NCBI GenBank assembly: GCA_051294905.1
Contig: CM119371.1
Coordinates: 14,882,001-14,946,000 of the forward strand
DNA from: Botryllus schlosseri
Lineage: Eukaryota
Direction of reading: 5' to 3'
Length of the DNA stretch: 64,000 bases
Shown here piece by piece: positions 63,309 to 64,000 of the stretch. The notes beneath the pieces were generated by a model that had not been told where the DNA came from, ran no database searches, and saw nothing but the letters and a program-made list of their open reading frames with translations. Both the position numbers and the translations under genes were made by a program. Numbering within the stretch: position 1 is the first letter of the stretch; the number at the start of each line of letters is the position of its first letter.

Positions 63309-64000
63309 GGGCAGATACGGAATAATAATAATAAGAACCGGCCTGGTGTAAAATGACCAGTGTAGTCGAACCACCACCATGAACACCACAAACAAACAAA
63401 TAAACATCTAACAAGGAAAAGAAATTACCTTTGCAGCCTTTGACAAACACAGTTACCATTGAAACCAGCAATTAACCCTTTGTGATCGGCCGGCCTACCG
63501 ACCAAAATTTTACTGCATCCATAAAAATACCGATAAAATGTGATCCATAGGGCTTAAATCGACGCCCAATATATTGCCGTAAACCTGAAGTAGCCGCCTA
63601 GCGGACTGAGACACTCGCACGGCTCAGACGCGAGAGGGAATGGCGTTATGCGAGGAAAGGTTGTCAATTTTTTGAAAATGGAAGATAATTTTGTTCTTCA
63701 ATTTATCCTGATGTCATTCATATGGCTTCTATTGGTATATGACCACCTGATTGTTCTCCGCATGAATCTCTACGTTCCAACGAGCCATTACACGCTACTA
63801 TAACGCTTCATAGCCCAGCGCTACGATATTGGAAAGACAGAGAGGATAAGCATGACTCACGCGGCCGCCGCTGATAAGTAATCATTACGTAATCGCGTAT
63901 TCTCGCTGAAGGCAACGCGCGTGTCCAGTTCTACGTAACATAATACATAATAGTACCTAAGTTATATATCTCCCTGCTATTCAAGTGTTATCAGCTTCAG

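Noticed and set aside
49351..64000. Short ORFs (60-141 aa) in the distal region as host genes
   Set aside because: Most lie in MITEs or low-complexity DNA and show no recognisable domain; small exons of a spliced gene cannot be excluded.

Overview
AT-rich, repeat-dense animal nuclear DNA. An invertebrate, possibly a tunicate, is only a guess from the repeat spectrum; nothing prokaryotic and no CRISPR array is present. Positions 1-49350 hold a head-to-tail, + strand tandem array of BTB-BACK-Kelch (KLHL-like, putative Cullin-3 adaptor) genes with intronless coding regions. There are eight gene-sized copies (labelled A-H here) and at least four fragments. Only H (47749-49350, 533 aa) is demonstrably intact, and A is cut by the window edge. 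E has a single TGG>TGA stop. The others are broken by stops, frameshifts, domain-sized deletions, a near full-length CR1/L2-group LINE or a long-TIR (Sola2-like) transposon. Across copies the propeller framework is nearly invariant while the loops expected to form the substrate-binding face differ in every copy. This suggests a birth-and-death, diversifying ubiquitin-ligase adaptor repertoire and is the main finding. The spacers and the last 14 kb are filled with nested MITEs (many with verifiable TIRs and 8-bp or TA target-site duplications), two tRNA-derived SINEs, two related Gypsy remnants, a solo LTR and foldback elements. All family assignments come from motifs read by eye; no database search was run.
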